Shown: positions 1-9,038, numbered from the stretch's first letter. The stretch is 50,332 nt of DNA from an uncultured Candidatus Poseidoniales archaeon (GCA_905182635.1 CAJJCM010000033.1:1-50332); one strand, 5' to 3'. Numbers and translations are program-made. Notes: a model not told the origin generated them from the letters alone.

Positions 1-2
1 GA

Positions 3-728
3 CAATCAAGCCAAACGGCTTGTGCTTCAGGAACCTATCAAGCAGATATAGGTGAAACTTCTTGTGATGATGCTGATGTAGGGCAATATGTTTCAAGCAC
101 TGCTCAATCAACTTATGATCTCGCCGCAATAGGATATTATGTGCCATTTTCAGGTTCTTCCAATCAAACTGCATGCCCACCATTCACTTCGACATCGAGC
201 CTAGGTTCGCAAAGCATAGATGATTGTACACTTGATACTGATTTGGATAGTACCCCCGACTCGATTGATGCAGACGATGATAACGACGGAACACTCGATG
301 GGTTGGATGCTTTTCCTTTAGACTATTCAGAGGATACAGATACTGATGGTAATGGAGTCGGAGATATTTTACAAACAAAACAGGAAGCGAAATTCCAAAC
401 ACAAATGTTGAGGGCAGGAGGCATTGTAATCTTACTGATTGTAATAGGTGCCTTAATCTTCTTCAAACGTAAAAATTCGATTGCAGAATCGATTAAAGAG
501 ATTCCAGCCATGGAATCAAATGTTATGGGCACCACTGCCATAGACGTGGAAACGCCTCTTACTCATCCATCACATCTACAGAGCGGACTGGAGCCATTAG
601 CGACACCTGATGTTACTACACCTGCCGACCAAGTCGATGCTGAGGGATATGAGTGGCTCACTCACTCTGATGGGACTAAATGGTATCGCGTCGCTCAATC
701 GAATTCCGAATGGACTAAATTTGAATAA
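3..728 (+). CDS. 5'-truncated membrane-anchored surface protein: Cys-rich repeats (GCC2/GCC3-like), Asp-rich TSP3-like motif, one TM helix, Trp-rich C-terminal tail
   Basis: The frame of ORF 141..728 stays open back to the window start (QSSQTACASGTYQADIGETSC...). Contains DTDLDSTPDSIDADDDNDG, a hydrophobic GGIVILLIVIGALIFF followed by KRK, and the tail GYEW...KWYR...EW. Confidence 0.75.
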   Translation, partial: QSSQTACASGTYQADIGETSCDDADVGQYVSSTAQSTYDLAAIGYYVPFSGSSNQTACPPFTSTSSLGSQSIDDCTLDTDLDSTPDSIDADDDNDGTLDGLDAFPLDYSEDTDTDGNGVGDILQTKQEAKFQTQMLRAGGIVILLIVIGALIFFKRKNSIAESIKEIPAMESNVMGTTAIDVETPLTHPSHLQSGLEPLATPDVTTPADQVDAEGYEWLTHSDGTKWYRVAQSNSEWTKFE

Positions 729-777
729 ACTCAATAGTAATCTGGCTCACTCACTGTTACAAAAACGAGGCTCAGCA

Positions 778-2094
778 ATGTCACTTCAACTCGAACAAGA
801 CCAACAAAGTCCAGTTCAGGAGCATTTGAATGAATTAACGGCTCGTGTTACGCTTCTGTTGTTTATGACGACGCTTGCAACTGTTGGGTGGATCACACAA
901 GTTGATGCAATTCTCGATACCGTCCTACGCTCTCTCAATCCATGTGAAGCCGGTTGTCTCAATCTCTTTGACCCTGCTAGATGGAGTGCTCTTCGATGGA
1001 TGACTGCAGCCATTTTGGGTTTCATTACCATCATGCCATTGCTGTTGCACCAAGCATGGTCGTTTGCTCGCCCAGGTTTACTCCCTGCAGAGAGGAGATG
1101 GTTGAAATATTGGTTTGTCGCAGGTACATTAAGCGTATTTTTCGCGGTGATAAGTACAATTGGACTCCTGCTCCCATTGCTGTTTGATACTGGGCATCAG
1201 ACCCATGAATCGATGAAGTTAGATGCTCGCTATGACGCGGTTCACATGCTATCGATTGTGATTGCAGTAATTTGGTCAGAAATCATCGTAGCATGTGCAA
1301 TCTTTGCCATGATGCTTGCAGGAATGTATGGTATGCTCAATGAAGAGACTGCAGATTGGTGGAGAATTCGAATATACGGTGTTGTTCTGTTGCTCTTACT
1401 CGCGTCTTTGCCAGAATTTGGCGGTTTAGCGCTAGTGCTCGGTGTGATTGCCATTGGTACGATTGAACTATGTTCAAGAAAATGGCTTCATTCTCCTGTT
1501 CCAACTTTTAGAGGTCATCAACCAAGAATGGATGCCGAAGGAGGAATTCGAAAAATGTTAATGGTTGACTGTTCATGCAGTGGCGCTGCTCTCCCCCTCC
1601 CAAAACAACTCAAGGCACCGTTCCCAATACATTCTGCACATTCACTGTGCAGTTCAAATTCTGAACGTGAACATCTCTTGGAATTAGCACTTCAACATCG
1701 ATTGACAGATGTCATCATTAGCGGTTGTTCCTCAGAGCCCCTTCCGAATTCATTCAAATCAAATTGTCATGCGATTGGGTGTTCATTACGTGGATTAGAT
1801 TTACTACGAACTCAGTCCCACCGTACATTACCTTCTCCACTCCAGTTGACTGAAATCGAATTAAAAATAGCCAGTCTTCAAGACCCATGGCCTGCCTCCA
1901 GTGTCCCTCAACGAATTTTTTCAATACTTGAACATTCGAGTATAGGTGAACTGATTCTCGATACACGTGAGCATTCAGAATCTTGGGGTATGCAGATTCA
2001 GCCTGAACAAGTCTTGCTTCAACTCGACCCTAATCACCTTTCATCGGTTCTGCAACTCATACAACCCCTCGCAATCCCTACAAGTGTCGTCTAA
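778..2094 (+). CDS. tatC: TatC-like twin-arginine translocase subunit fused to a C-terminal Cys-containing soluble domain
   Basis: TatC signatures HLNELTAR and WSFARPGLLPAERR, about six hydrophobic helices, then a ~180 aa soluble domain. Start placed at ATG 778 because the ORF start at 610 overlaps the upstream gene. Confidence 0.7.
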   Translation: MSLQLEQDQQSPVQEHLNELTARVTLLLFMTTLATVGWITQVDAILDTVLRSLNPCEAGCLNLFDPARWSALRWMTAAILGFITIMPLLLHQAWSFARPGLLPAERRWLKYWFVAGTLSVFFAVISTIGLLLPLLFDTGHQTHESMKLDARYDAVHMLSIVIAVIWSEIIVACAIFAMMLAGMYGMLNEETADWWRIRIYGVVLLLLLASLPEFGGLALVLGVIAIGTIELCSRKWLHSPVPTFRGHQPRMDAEGGIRKMLMVDCSCSGAALPLPKQLKAPFPIHSAHSLCSSNSEREHLLELALQHRLTDVIISGCSSEPLPNSFKSNCHAIGCSLRGLDLLRTQSHRTLPSPLQLTEIELKIASLQDPWPASSVPQRIFSILEHSSIGELILDTREHSESWGMQIQPEQVLLQLDPNHLSSVLQLIQPLAIPTSVV

Positions 2095-2146
2095 TCCAAT
2101 CCAGTAAAGCCAAGCATTCAAACACTTCACCATTGTCCCTTTGAGT

Positions 2147-4249
2147 ATGAGTCCGAGGTATGGCATACCAGTCATCGTCATACTGCTGCTCGCGAGTTCA
2201 TGGAGTTTCTCGAACAATGAGACGCTTGAACAATGGATGGCTGAAAATACAATCACCATCGAACAAGAAGAAATTAACCTCCTTCCATTGCAAGAGAACG
2301 AACGTTGGTTGGTACTGCTTGTTGATTTTGATGAACATCCAGCAACAGACGCATGGGGGGGGAATCAGGCTCAAACTCTTTTAGATGATGTAGCTCAAAA
2401 TTATATTCTCCAGATGTCTGGTTCAGCAACAGAAATTCAAATTGATGTGAACACAAAAGTTTCTCGAGCAAGTGGGCCCATTTCCGATTACGGGACCGAT
2501 TCAAACGGTGATAGGGATCTGAGTTCGAATGGAACATTTCTCCCAATGCTCTTAGCAAAAGAGACTGTAATAGACCATGAAACCTATGTTGATTGGAATG
2601 AATATGACCTTGATAACGATGGATACGTCGACCGCTTACTCATCCTACACACGACGAAAGGTCAAGAAGAGAATCCAAGTCAAACAACGAGGATTTGGAG
2701 TCATTTCACTCAGTTCGATGAACCAATCGAAGTCGATGAAGGCATAAAAGTCGGACATTACACAATGGCAAGTCTTCGGACAGGGTCAAGTGGCATGGGA
2801 ACAATCCTCCATGAAATGCTCCACCAAATGGGTGCTCTCGACCTCTACCCCGTGCATGACACTGGTCAACTGAATAATTGGCAAGGTGTTGGTGATTGGG
2901 ATATTATGGCGAGTGGGAATTGGAATGGTGGGGGCGTTTGGCCAGCATTACCAACCGCAGCAACCCTCGACCTGTTGGAGGCAAATAGGAGTCAAACCAT
3001 GGACCTTAATTGGCCTGAAAGTGCTCAAGCACCCTGTATCGGTCCAAGTGTACAACTCCAGGGAATGAGTGATAATGGAACCGCTCTAAAGATTCCATTG
3101 AATGAACAGGAAAACGTCTGGATAGAATACCGCTCCAATTCAGGATTTGACCAGCATTTACCAGGCTCAGGAATTCTAGTTACTTACCAAGACAGGAGTG
3201 TCGGCAATGAAGAAAAAAATGAACTGAATCGTGATTCTGACCAACCATGGCTTACGGTAATTGAGGCTGATGGTCGAACCGATTTACGAAACGGTGCCAA
3301 TTCGGGAGAGGCCTCAGACGTGTTTCTCAATGGAGGTACATTTGGCGCACAAGGGATACAAATTTTCACACATGATGGCTTCCTTGTACCTTGGGTAGCG
3401 ACTGTTGAAATCAACATCACGGTACAAATTCATTTCACAGCCCCAAATTGTTCACCGCAATTCCACCTCGATTTACCTGATTTTGGAGGCGTCTATTTGC
3501 AAACTGATGGTTTTCCAATCATTGCAACGAGTGCTGAACCATGCCAACTCACACATGGCCTCAGCCTATCCGATGGAAGAGAATTCAACAACGAGAGTTT
3601 TCTGATTGAGGGTGAAAATATTGAAATCGAGTTGAACTATTCCTCTGAATCAACCGAAAATGCCGTTGCGTCTCTCGAAGGATACATTCATTGTGGTAAC
3701 GATTCGCTCTATTTGAAAACTCAAATATTGACACTTGGTCGTATACCGATAGAAACACTCAGCATCGGAACTCTACCCGCATTCGAATCTTCTACCATTG
3801 AAATTTCTATTGAATCACTTGGAAACTCGACGCAGACGTTCACTGTGTTCCTTGACGGCCCGATATCACGTATTGGAACGGTCTCCAATCAAATATTGCT
3901 CGATGGGAGTGATAAAGCGCTCATTGAAATTCAACCAAATGGCTTACTCGAAGATCGTATGTCGATAAAGGGTGAACTGATTCTTCTCTCGCAAAGTGGG
4001 CACCGTTGGAGTCTCGAAATCGAATACACTGCTGAAGATAGGGAGCGAAGCATTCTCGAAGAATGGCGAACACCCGGTAAATTGCTTGGAAGTGCTGGAA
4101 TTATTTGCATTCTATGGGTATTCGTGGGTATGTTTGAGAGGAAGAAATTACCACGTAAGGTACAACAATCTTCCTCGTTCGATAAACAAGCAGTGCAGAT
4201 TGAGATTCAACAAGATTCAGACGCTTGGGGACGCTCAATTGATGACTGA
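2147..4249 (+). CDS. Secreted, membrane-anchored M6-family (immune inhibitor A-like) metalloprotease
   Basis: Signal peptide, VLLVDF, YDLDNDGYVD, IWSH, zinc motif HEMLH with GALDLY, WDIMASGNWNG, and a C-terminal TM helix. Confidence 0.85.
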   Translation: MSPRYGIPVIVILLLASSWSFSNNETLEQWMAENTITIEQEEINLLPLQENERWLVLLVDFDEHPATDAWGGNQAQTLLDDVAQNYILQMSGSATEIQIDVNTKVSRASGPISDYGTDSNGDRDLSSNGTFLPMLLAKETVIDHETYVDWNEYDLDNDGYVDRLLILHTTKGQEENPSQTTRIWSHFTQFDEPIEVDEGIKVGHYTMASLRTGSSGMGTILHEMLHQMGALDLYPVHDTGQLNNWQGVGDWDIMASGNWNGGGVWPALPTAATLDLLEANRSQTMDLNWPESAQAPCIGPSVQLQGMSDNGTALKIPLNEQENVWIEYRSNSGFDQHLPGSGILVTYQDRSVGNEEKNELNRDSDQPWLTVIEADGRTDLRNGANSGEASDVFLNGGTFGAQGIQIFTHDGFLVPWVATVEINITVQIHFTAPNCSPQFHLDLPDFGGVYLQTDGFPIIATSAEPCQLTHGLSLSDGREFNNESFLIEGENIEIELNYSSESTENAVASLEGYIHCGNDSLYLKTQILTLGRIPIETLSIGTLPAFESSTIEISIESLGNSTQTFTVFLDGPISRIGTVSNQILLDGSDKALIEIQPNGLLEDRMSIKGELILLSQSGHRWSLEIEYTAEDRERSILEEWRTPGKLLGSAGIICILWVFVGMFERKKLPRKVQQSSSFDKQAVQIEIQQDSDAWGRSIDD

Positions 4250-4257
4250 TATCGATT

Positions 4258-5370
4258 TTAGGAACGACCAGGTAACCATCTCTGCATCTGTAAGTAAAAC
4301 CACGTACCCTGCGATTTTAGGGCACAAAGCCATGATTTATGCACACCTTCTGAGAGACGAACTGCAAGACAGGCTGATTCCCAATTCTTCGGAGCCAAAT
4401 CAACCGGTTGTACAAGCCAAGGAGCATGCGCTTCACCGACTGGGGTATCGTAGACTCGCCAACGACTGCCAAATTTAAATCCTGGTCGCAATAAGACACC
4501 CCGTGACATGAGGTCATTGAAAAGTTCAAGTTCAGAAGGTACTTCAATTTCGCTGAGTAATACACTCAGCCATTTTCCTTCTTCTTCACGAAGGTGACGA
4601 CCAGAGAGATGCTCTACTCCGATTGATTGCCAAGGCCAGGTTGACAAATCTGGAATATACCAGCCTGTACCACGAGCGATTCGCTCATCCCATAAATCCG
4701 ACAAGCGTTGTTTCTCATCGTTGGAAAAAGAGTTCCAAAGTCGCTGATTACCATTTGGTTGTGCCATGCCAAGCAAATACATCGTCACATCCATTTCTTC
4801 ATCGATGACGAAGAATTCTGCCAGCATACCGTGTGAATTCACTGTATTTGTCCATTCAAGCATTTCAACCCAGTCGACCTCATCGGTCGTCCATGCCCAT
4901 CGCACATGTGCGACGGGAGGCTCCTTGGAAAATATCTGCTCCCGGCCCCACCGCATTGCCCATGTTGCTTCGGGGATCTCTACCCCCCACTTAGCGGGAA
5001 TGTTTTCGACCGGAATCAAAATCTCACCACCACTACGTGCAGTATCAAAAACTACGCCACGTGCGACCACATCAGGGTTTTGCTTAACAGAATCTCGAAA
5101 CCAATGCTCACTTGGGAGGGGGACATGTCGATGCCAATGACAAAATAAAATTTCTTCGGCTGTAAGACGGATGCTTTCATCACTCTGCATTTCTCCTAGA
5201 CCACTTTTTTGGTACAATCTTGAAGAAAGCGGAGGTTCGATAAACCAACTTCCGTCTCGGTTTATGGGAGGTGACAGGGCTTGAGATGGTGGGAGGTTGG
5301 TCGTCAAAGAAACGCCCAACGGCCGCGTTGTACGTTGACGCGGTGTGAACTTGCGGTTCTGCCTCGCCAT
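4258..5370 (-). CDS. endA: tRNA-splicing endonuclease (two-unit, alpha2-like)
   Basis: C-terminal unit FNDLMSRGVLLRPGFKFGSRWRVY...H...RLSEGVHK carries the Tyr/His/Lys triad. N-terminal unit contains LYQKSGLG...LTAEEILF. Confidence 0.8.
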   Translation of the reverse strand: MARQNRKFTPRQRTTRPLGVSLTTNLPPSQALSPPINRDGSWFIEPPLSSRLYQKSGLGEMQSDESIRLTAEEILFCHWHRHVPLPSEHWFRDSVKQNPDVVARGVVFDTARSGGEILIPVENIPAKWGVEIPEATWAMRWGREQIFSKEPPVAHVRWAWTTDEVDWVEMLEWTNTVNSHGMLAEFFVIDEEMDVTMYLLGMAQPNGNQRLWNSFSNDEKQRLSDLWDERIARGTGWYIPDLSTWPWQSIGVEHLSGRHLREEEGKWLSVLLSEIEVPSELELFNDLMSRGVLLRPGFKFGSRWRVYDTPVGEAHAPWLVQPVDLAPKNWESACLAVRLSEGVHKSWLCALKSQGTWFYLQMQRWLPGRS

Positions 5371-5458
5371 GCTACGCCGTCATCAACGCATCATTTGAGT
5401 TGTAGGGTAACCGATGCCCCTATGTGCCTTCACTTCTACGATAGAATGGGGGAGCGAA

Positions 5459-6418
5459 GTGGTTGACGGCTATCTAGGCTCATTGACAACTGAAGAGCGG
5501 ATGTTGTTGCATTTATGCGATAATAACTTGCCCGAAGGAGAATGGGAGGCCCCAGCAGCACTAACCCAGGCAGGAATTTCTGCAGCTGTTCATGTTCAAC
5601 GTAAACACGTTCCAAGGACCCTCAAGCGCCTTGAAGTACGAGGCGATTTGACAAATTCAAAACGACATGTCCCCGGTGGCAAGCAACGTCGTCAAGTGTA
5701 TGGACTGACACCTGCTGGACGCGAAAAGGCAAGTGCTTTACGAGAAAAAATCCTTTCTCAAACGGTCATTTGCGATGGACAAGAATTCATACTCTCTGAA
5801 TTGCGCAAGGGTGGACAAGCATCGCTTGATTTACTTTCTTTTATTGATGAGGGAATGAATTTCCATGACAATCCTGTCGTTTCACCGGTCTCAAATCCCG
5901 AAGGGATTGCATCTCTCGATGCCCAAGCTGGAGAGCACTTGATTCGTCGCTTATTTGCTCGAGCATGGGAAGATGGAAAAATCACTCGTGATGAACAATA
6001 TTTGCTTTCGGAAGTGGTCGATTTCCTCGGCATGCATCCTGAACGTGTTCGCCGTTTATCAGATGAGGCAAGACGCGAACAAAAGGCACCTCCTCCCGAA
6101 GAAATCTATCTGGATATGCTTCGGCAGGCAATGGTTGATGGCGAATTAGTCGATGATGAAATTGCGCTGCTTGAAACGGTACGAATCGCCTACGGCTTTG
6201 ATCGGTTAACGCATGATAAATTATTGAATGATGCGAAACAATCTCCGATCGTTTCGGAGAAGTATCGTACTTACAAATCTACACTTATCACTGCTTTAGA
6301 TGATGGAGTTATCACCAGCGATGAAGGAGCCATATTGGCAACATTAAGAGAGACTCTCGGTATTTCAGATGCCCAACATGCAAGTTTACTAGCAGAATTG
6401 CGCGATAATATCAAGTGA
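5459..6418 (+). CDS. Winged-HTH protein with three tandem TerB-like (A-x-x-DG-x-I/L-x-x-x-E) repeats
   Basis: LTQAGISAAVHVQRKHVPRTLKRLE...VYGLTPAG (MarR-like wHTH). Repeats AWEDGKITRDE, AMVDGELVDDE, ALDDGVITSDE. GTG 5459 follows a GGGGAG Shine-Dalgarno; alternative start 5414. Confidence 0.65.
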   Translation: MVDGYLGSLTTEERMLLHLCDNNLPEGEWEAPAALTQAGISAAVHVQRKHVPRTLKRLEVRGDLTNSKRHVPGGKQRRQVYGLTPAGREKASALREKILSQTVICDGQEFILSELRKGGQASLDLLSFIDEGMNFHDNPVVSPVSNPEGIASLDAQAGEHLIRRLFARAWEDGKITRDEQYLLSEVVDFLGMHPERVRRLSDEARREQKAPPPEEIYLDMLRQAMVDGELVDDEIALLETVRIAYGFDRLTHDKLLNDAKQSPIVSEKYRTYKSTLITALDDGVITSDEGAILATLRETLGISDAQHASLLAELRDNIK

Positions 6419-6436
6419 ATGGTATCTTAGGAACAC

Positions 6437-7513
6437 ATGAGAGGGTTAGAGATGGGAATGTCCGATGAAGAAGAGGCCGTATACGAAGACCTCAATAATC
6501 TCAAGAACAAATTAAAGGCTGCTGAACAATGTAAAGTTGTTCTTATTGGTGACATCATGATGGATTGTTATATCCACGGGTATGCCAATAATCTCAATTC
6601 AAGAGCGCCTGTCCCGGTCCTCCGTGAAACAATGCGTGAGGAAGATGTCGGCGCTGCAGCACACGTTGGACGAGGACTCAACTCAATGGGATTACAAAGC
6701 CATTTATTTGGTGTTGTAGGTGACGACCGTGCGGGATTAAATATTTTGGAATTACTCGAGGAAGAAGGTGTGGCAACCAGTGGAATCGCTATTCTTGATG
6801 GCCGTACTACGACGGTGAAAACTCGACTCCTTGCAACACGAGAAAGTTTGGTCAGTGATGAACAACTTCTGCTGCGGTGGGATGTCGAAGATGATAATCC
6901 GGTCCCCCAAGATGCTTCATCTTTCCTTTACGACCAAGCGGTTGAAGAAGTGGAAACAGCCGATGTCTTGATTCTTTCAGATTATGGACAAGGTGTGGTG
7001 AATGATGTCGGTGCTGAACGAATCATTAAGGCGGCACGGAATAAAAATGTTCCAATTATTGCCGACCCTAAACTCACCGGCTTGCATCGTACTCACGGCG
7101 TCAATTGGATTCTGTTCCAATCCCAAGGACTCGAATTGATGCGTAGAAGACTTGGAGTCGCCACCGGCAGTGAGGCTGCAATTCAATTGATTGAAGCACA
7201 TAATTGGGACCATTTGGTTGTTCTTTCTGGAGAAGCAGGTGTCACTATTTATTCACGTGATGAAGAAGTTGTGCATGCGCCTTGCACCCTCGCTGATTTG
7301 CGCCAAATGATTGGGTTGATTGACGCTGCAGCTGTAGCAATTGCAGTGGCTATTTCCAAAAAATTAACCGTTCGTAATACTGCATTACTTGCAAATGCTG
7401 CATGTGAGTGCATTTTAGCCGCTGATCGCACAGAATCATTTGTCCTAAGCCGTGATGATGTCATCGACCGCATAGGTGAAATGTCTTGGAACCTTCAAGT
7501 TTCAAAGCGCTGA
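6437..7513 (+). CDS. PfkB/ribokinase-fold protein, HldE (RfaE) kinase domain-like, with degenerate catalytic motifs
   Basis: VVLIGDIMMDCYIHG, APVPV, GVVGDD, TTVKTR, LSDYGQG and DPK match the HldE domain I pattern. The GAGD motif reads GLID. Confidence 0.75.
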   Translation: MRGLEMGMSDEEEAVYEDLNNLKNKLKAAEQCKVVLIGDIMMDCYIHGYANNLNSRAPVPVLRETMREEDVGAAAHVGRGLNSMGLQSHLFGVVGDDRAGLNILELLEEEGVATSGIAILDGRTTTVKTRLLATRESLVSDEQLLLRWDVEDDNPVPQDASSFLYDQAVEEVETADVLILSDYGQGVVNDVGAERIIKAARNKNVPIIADPKLTGLHRTHGVNWILFQSQGLELMRRRLGVATGSEAAIQLIEAHNWDHLVVLSGEAGVTIYSRDEEVVHAPCTLADLRQMIGLIDAAAVAIAVAISKKLTVRNTALLANAACECILAADRTESFVLSRDDVIDRIGEMSWNLQVSKR

Positions 7514-7522
7514 GGTGTTCAA

Positions 7523-8023
7523 ATGAGTGCTTGGCCAAGGCCAACAACTGCAGATATAGGTCTACGTGCATTTGCCTTAAATCCAAGTAGGTTGTTCACA
7601 GAAGCAACACTTGGAATGCAGGATATTCTCCTCTCTGAATCGGCACAAAATTCAATCAATGGGCATATTCGACACACGTCTCAGTGGCAAATTTCAGCAC
7701 CCTATGGTGATGGTGAAAAACAATGGGACTTACTCCTCGTTCAGTGGCTTGAGGAAGTACTTTATCGGTCGGAGGTAAAACTACAATGGCTTATCGATTG
7801 TCAAATCTCAGTTGCTTGGGAATCTGAGGAGGTGGTACTTTCTGCGCAGGTATCATGGGTCAATTCGGAAGAGATAGAACGGGAGGTTGAGATCAAAGCG
7901 GTCACAAGCCATGAATTGCAATTCACTGAACTGGCAGGCGATGAACATGCACTTTCACAATGGGAACAGGTTCCTGACTTTCAGGGCCCAGGATGGTTCT
8001 GTGATGTCGTGTTTGATATTTGA
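7523..8023 (+). CDS. Archease (RtcB activator)
   Basis: TTADIG, LLVQWLEEVLY, EIKAVTSH and terminal VVFDI are archease signatures. GAGGTG SD upstream. Confidence 0.88.
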   Translation: MSAWPRPTTADIGLRAFALNPSRLFTEATLGMQDILLSESAQNSINGHIRHTSQWQISAPYGDGEKQWDLLLVQWLEEVLYRSEVKLQWLIDCQISVAWESEEVVLSAQVSWVNSEEIEREVEIKAVTSHELQFTELAGDEHALSQWEQVPDFQGPGWFCDVVFDI

Positions 8024-8259
8024 CCAATATTGGCATTGTATGTCATACGGCTACCGATGTAATATCCGAAAGTATTGACGACCAAATCCATACATTTGTT
8101 GCCCCAGTCCTCAATTGCAAATTCAAACGGAAGAATGAGTTCAAGAATCTCCCAGCCGATACTAAGCAGAAAAAAAAGTTTCCAATTGGTACGGACGAAA
8201 CGACCTGCAGTTGACCAAATTAGAAAATGGGAAAGAGAATACATGTTCAAAAGAACCAT
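7981..8259 (-). CDS. Small integral membrane protein
   Basis: Hydrophobic 92 aa ORF with an SLSHF...GWEILE...E..GN..MD...N..G pattern seen in small membrane families. Overlaps the archease 3' end by 43 nt. Confidence 0.6.
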   Translation of the reverse strand: MVLLNMYSLSHFLIWSTAGRFVRTNWKLFFLLSIGWEILELILPFEFAIEDWGNKCMDLVVNTFGYYIGSRMTYNANIGQISNTTSQNHPGP

Positions 8260-8291
8260 TCAAAGACCTCAGGAGTGGGAATTCCAATGGT

Positions 8292-8583
8292 GGACATGCG
8301 CTATCCTCAGCAAACCCACATACTTTCTCCATCCCGTTACCCCACAGCACACATGGCTCCGAGTAGGGCTGCTCCGTTCCCGGCCTGACCTATTCCCCCG
8401 GTTATTCGATTCCTGTTTCCCTCCGGAAACAGTTCACAACACCCGAGTCATGTGGGGGCGAGACATCAACGTCCGCATGTGGAAACCAAGGAGCCGCTTT
8501 CGCCGCCCAAAGGCGTTCAGCCCACCGTGAAGACGATTTGTGGTACAGGGTACGCCTAGCTCCCCACCTATCCCATCATGTCC
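8292..8583 (-). ncRNA. ffs: Archaeal signal recognition particle (SRP/7S) RNA
   Basis: Minus strand: helix 8 GGUCAGGCCG-GGAA-CGGAGCAGCC, helix 6 CUGUUUCC-GGAG-GGAAACAG, Alu-domain CCUGUA, and complementary termini GGACAUG/CAUGUCC (archaeal helix 1). About 292 nt. Confidence 0.93.
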
Positions 8584-8637
8584 TACAACTGACTGTATTT
8601 GAACGCAACGCTTGCTTACTTTCGAGCGTTTACGATG

Positions 8638-9024
8638 TCAAACTTCTTCTTCTTCATACTTCGAAGGGCACGAAGTTTTGATGATTTGTGCCTCTAAAAC
8701 ATATTCACCATCGATGTAATGCAGGATGCCTTGGGCATAAACAGTACGATTATCCCCTAACCCATTTGACACAGATGCATCCATGTAGTCAATTCGTAAA
8801 GTGTATGAAGAGCCATGCAATTGAAATTCATTTTGAGATGCGTTAATACTTCCATCGACAATTTCTCCACGGACTGCTATTTCACGGTCAAGATATGAAG
8901 AGGGGTCATCCATCACTTCATCAACAGTACGCGTCGGTTCAGGCGCCTCAATCAAGATGACACCGAGAAGACCCAAAGTGATGACAGCGCCAATAAGAAG
9001 GATTCTGATTCGTCGAGAAAACAT
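8638..9024 (-). CDS. ccmE: CcmE-like cytochrome c maturation heme chaperone (CxxxY type)
   Basis: N-terminal TM anchor, IAVRG.IVDGSI OB-fold segment, VYAQG, and C-terminal CPSKY. GGTGA SD before ATG 9024. Confidence 0.8.
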   Translation of the reverse strand: MFSRRIRILLIGAVITLGLLGVILIEAPEPTRTVDEVMDDPSSYLDREIAVRGEIVDGSINASQNEFQLHGSSYTLRIDYMDASVSNGLGDNRTVYAQGILHYIDGEYVLEAQIIKTSCPSKYEEEEV

Positions 9025-9038
9025 GTAGGTCACCTTGA

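Noticed and set aside
610..777. N-terminal extension of the TatC ORF
   Set aside because: Overlaps the upstream gene in another frame; TatC similarity begins after ATG 778.
8075..8530. 151-aa plus-strand ORF
   Set aside because: Antisense to the SRP RNA and the small membrane gene, with no protein-like features.
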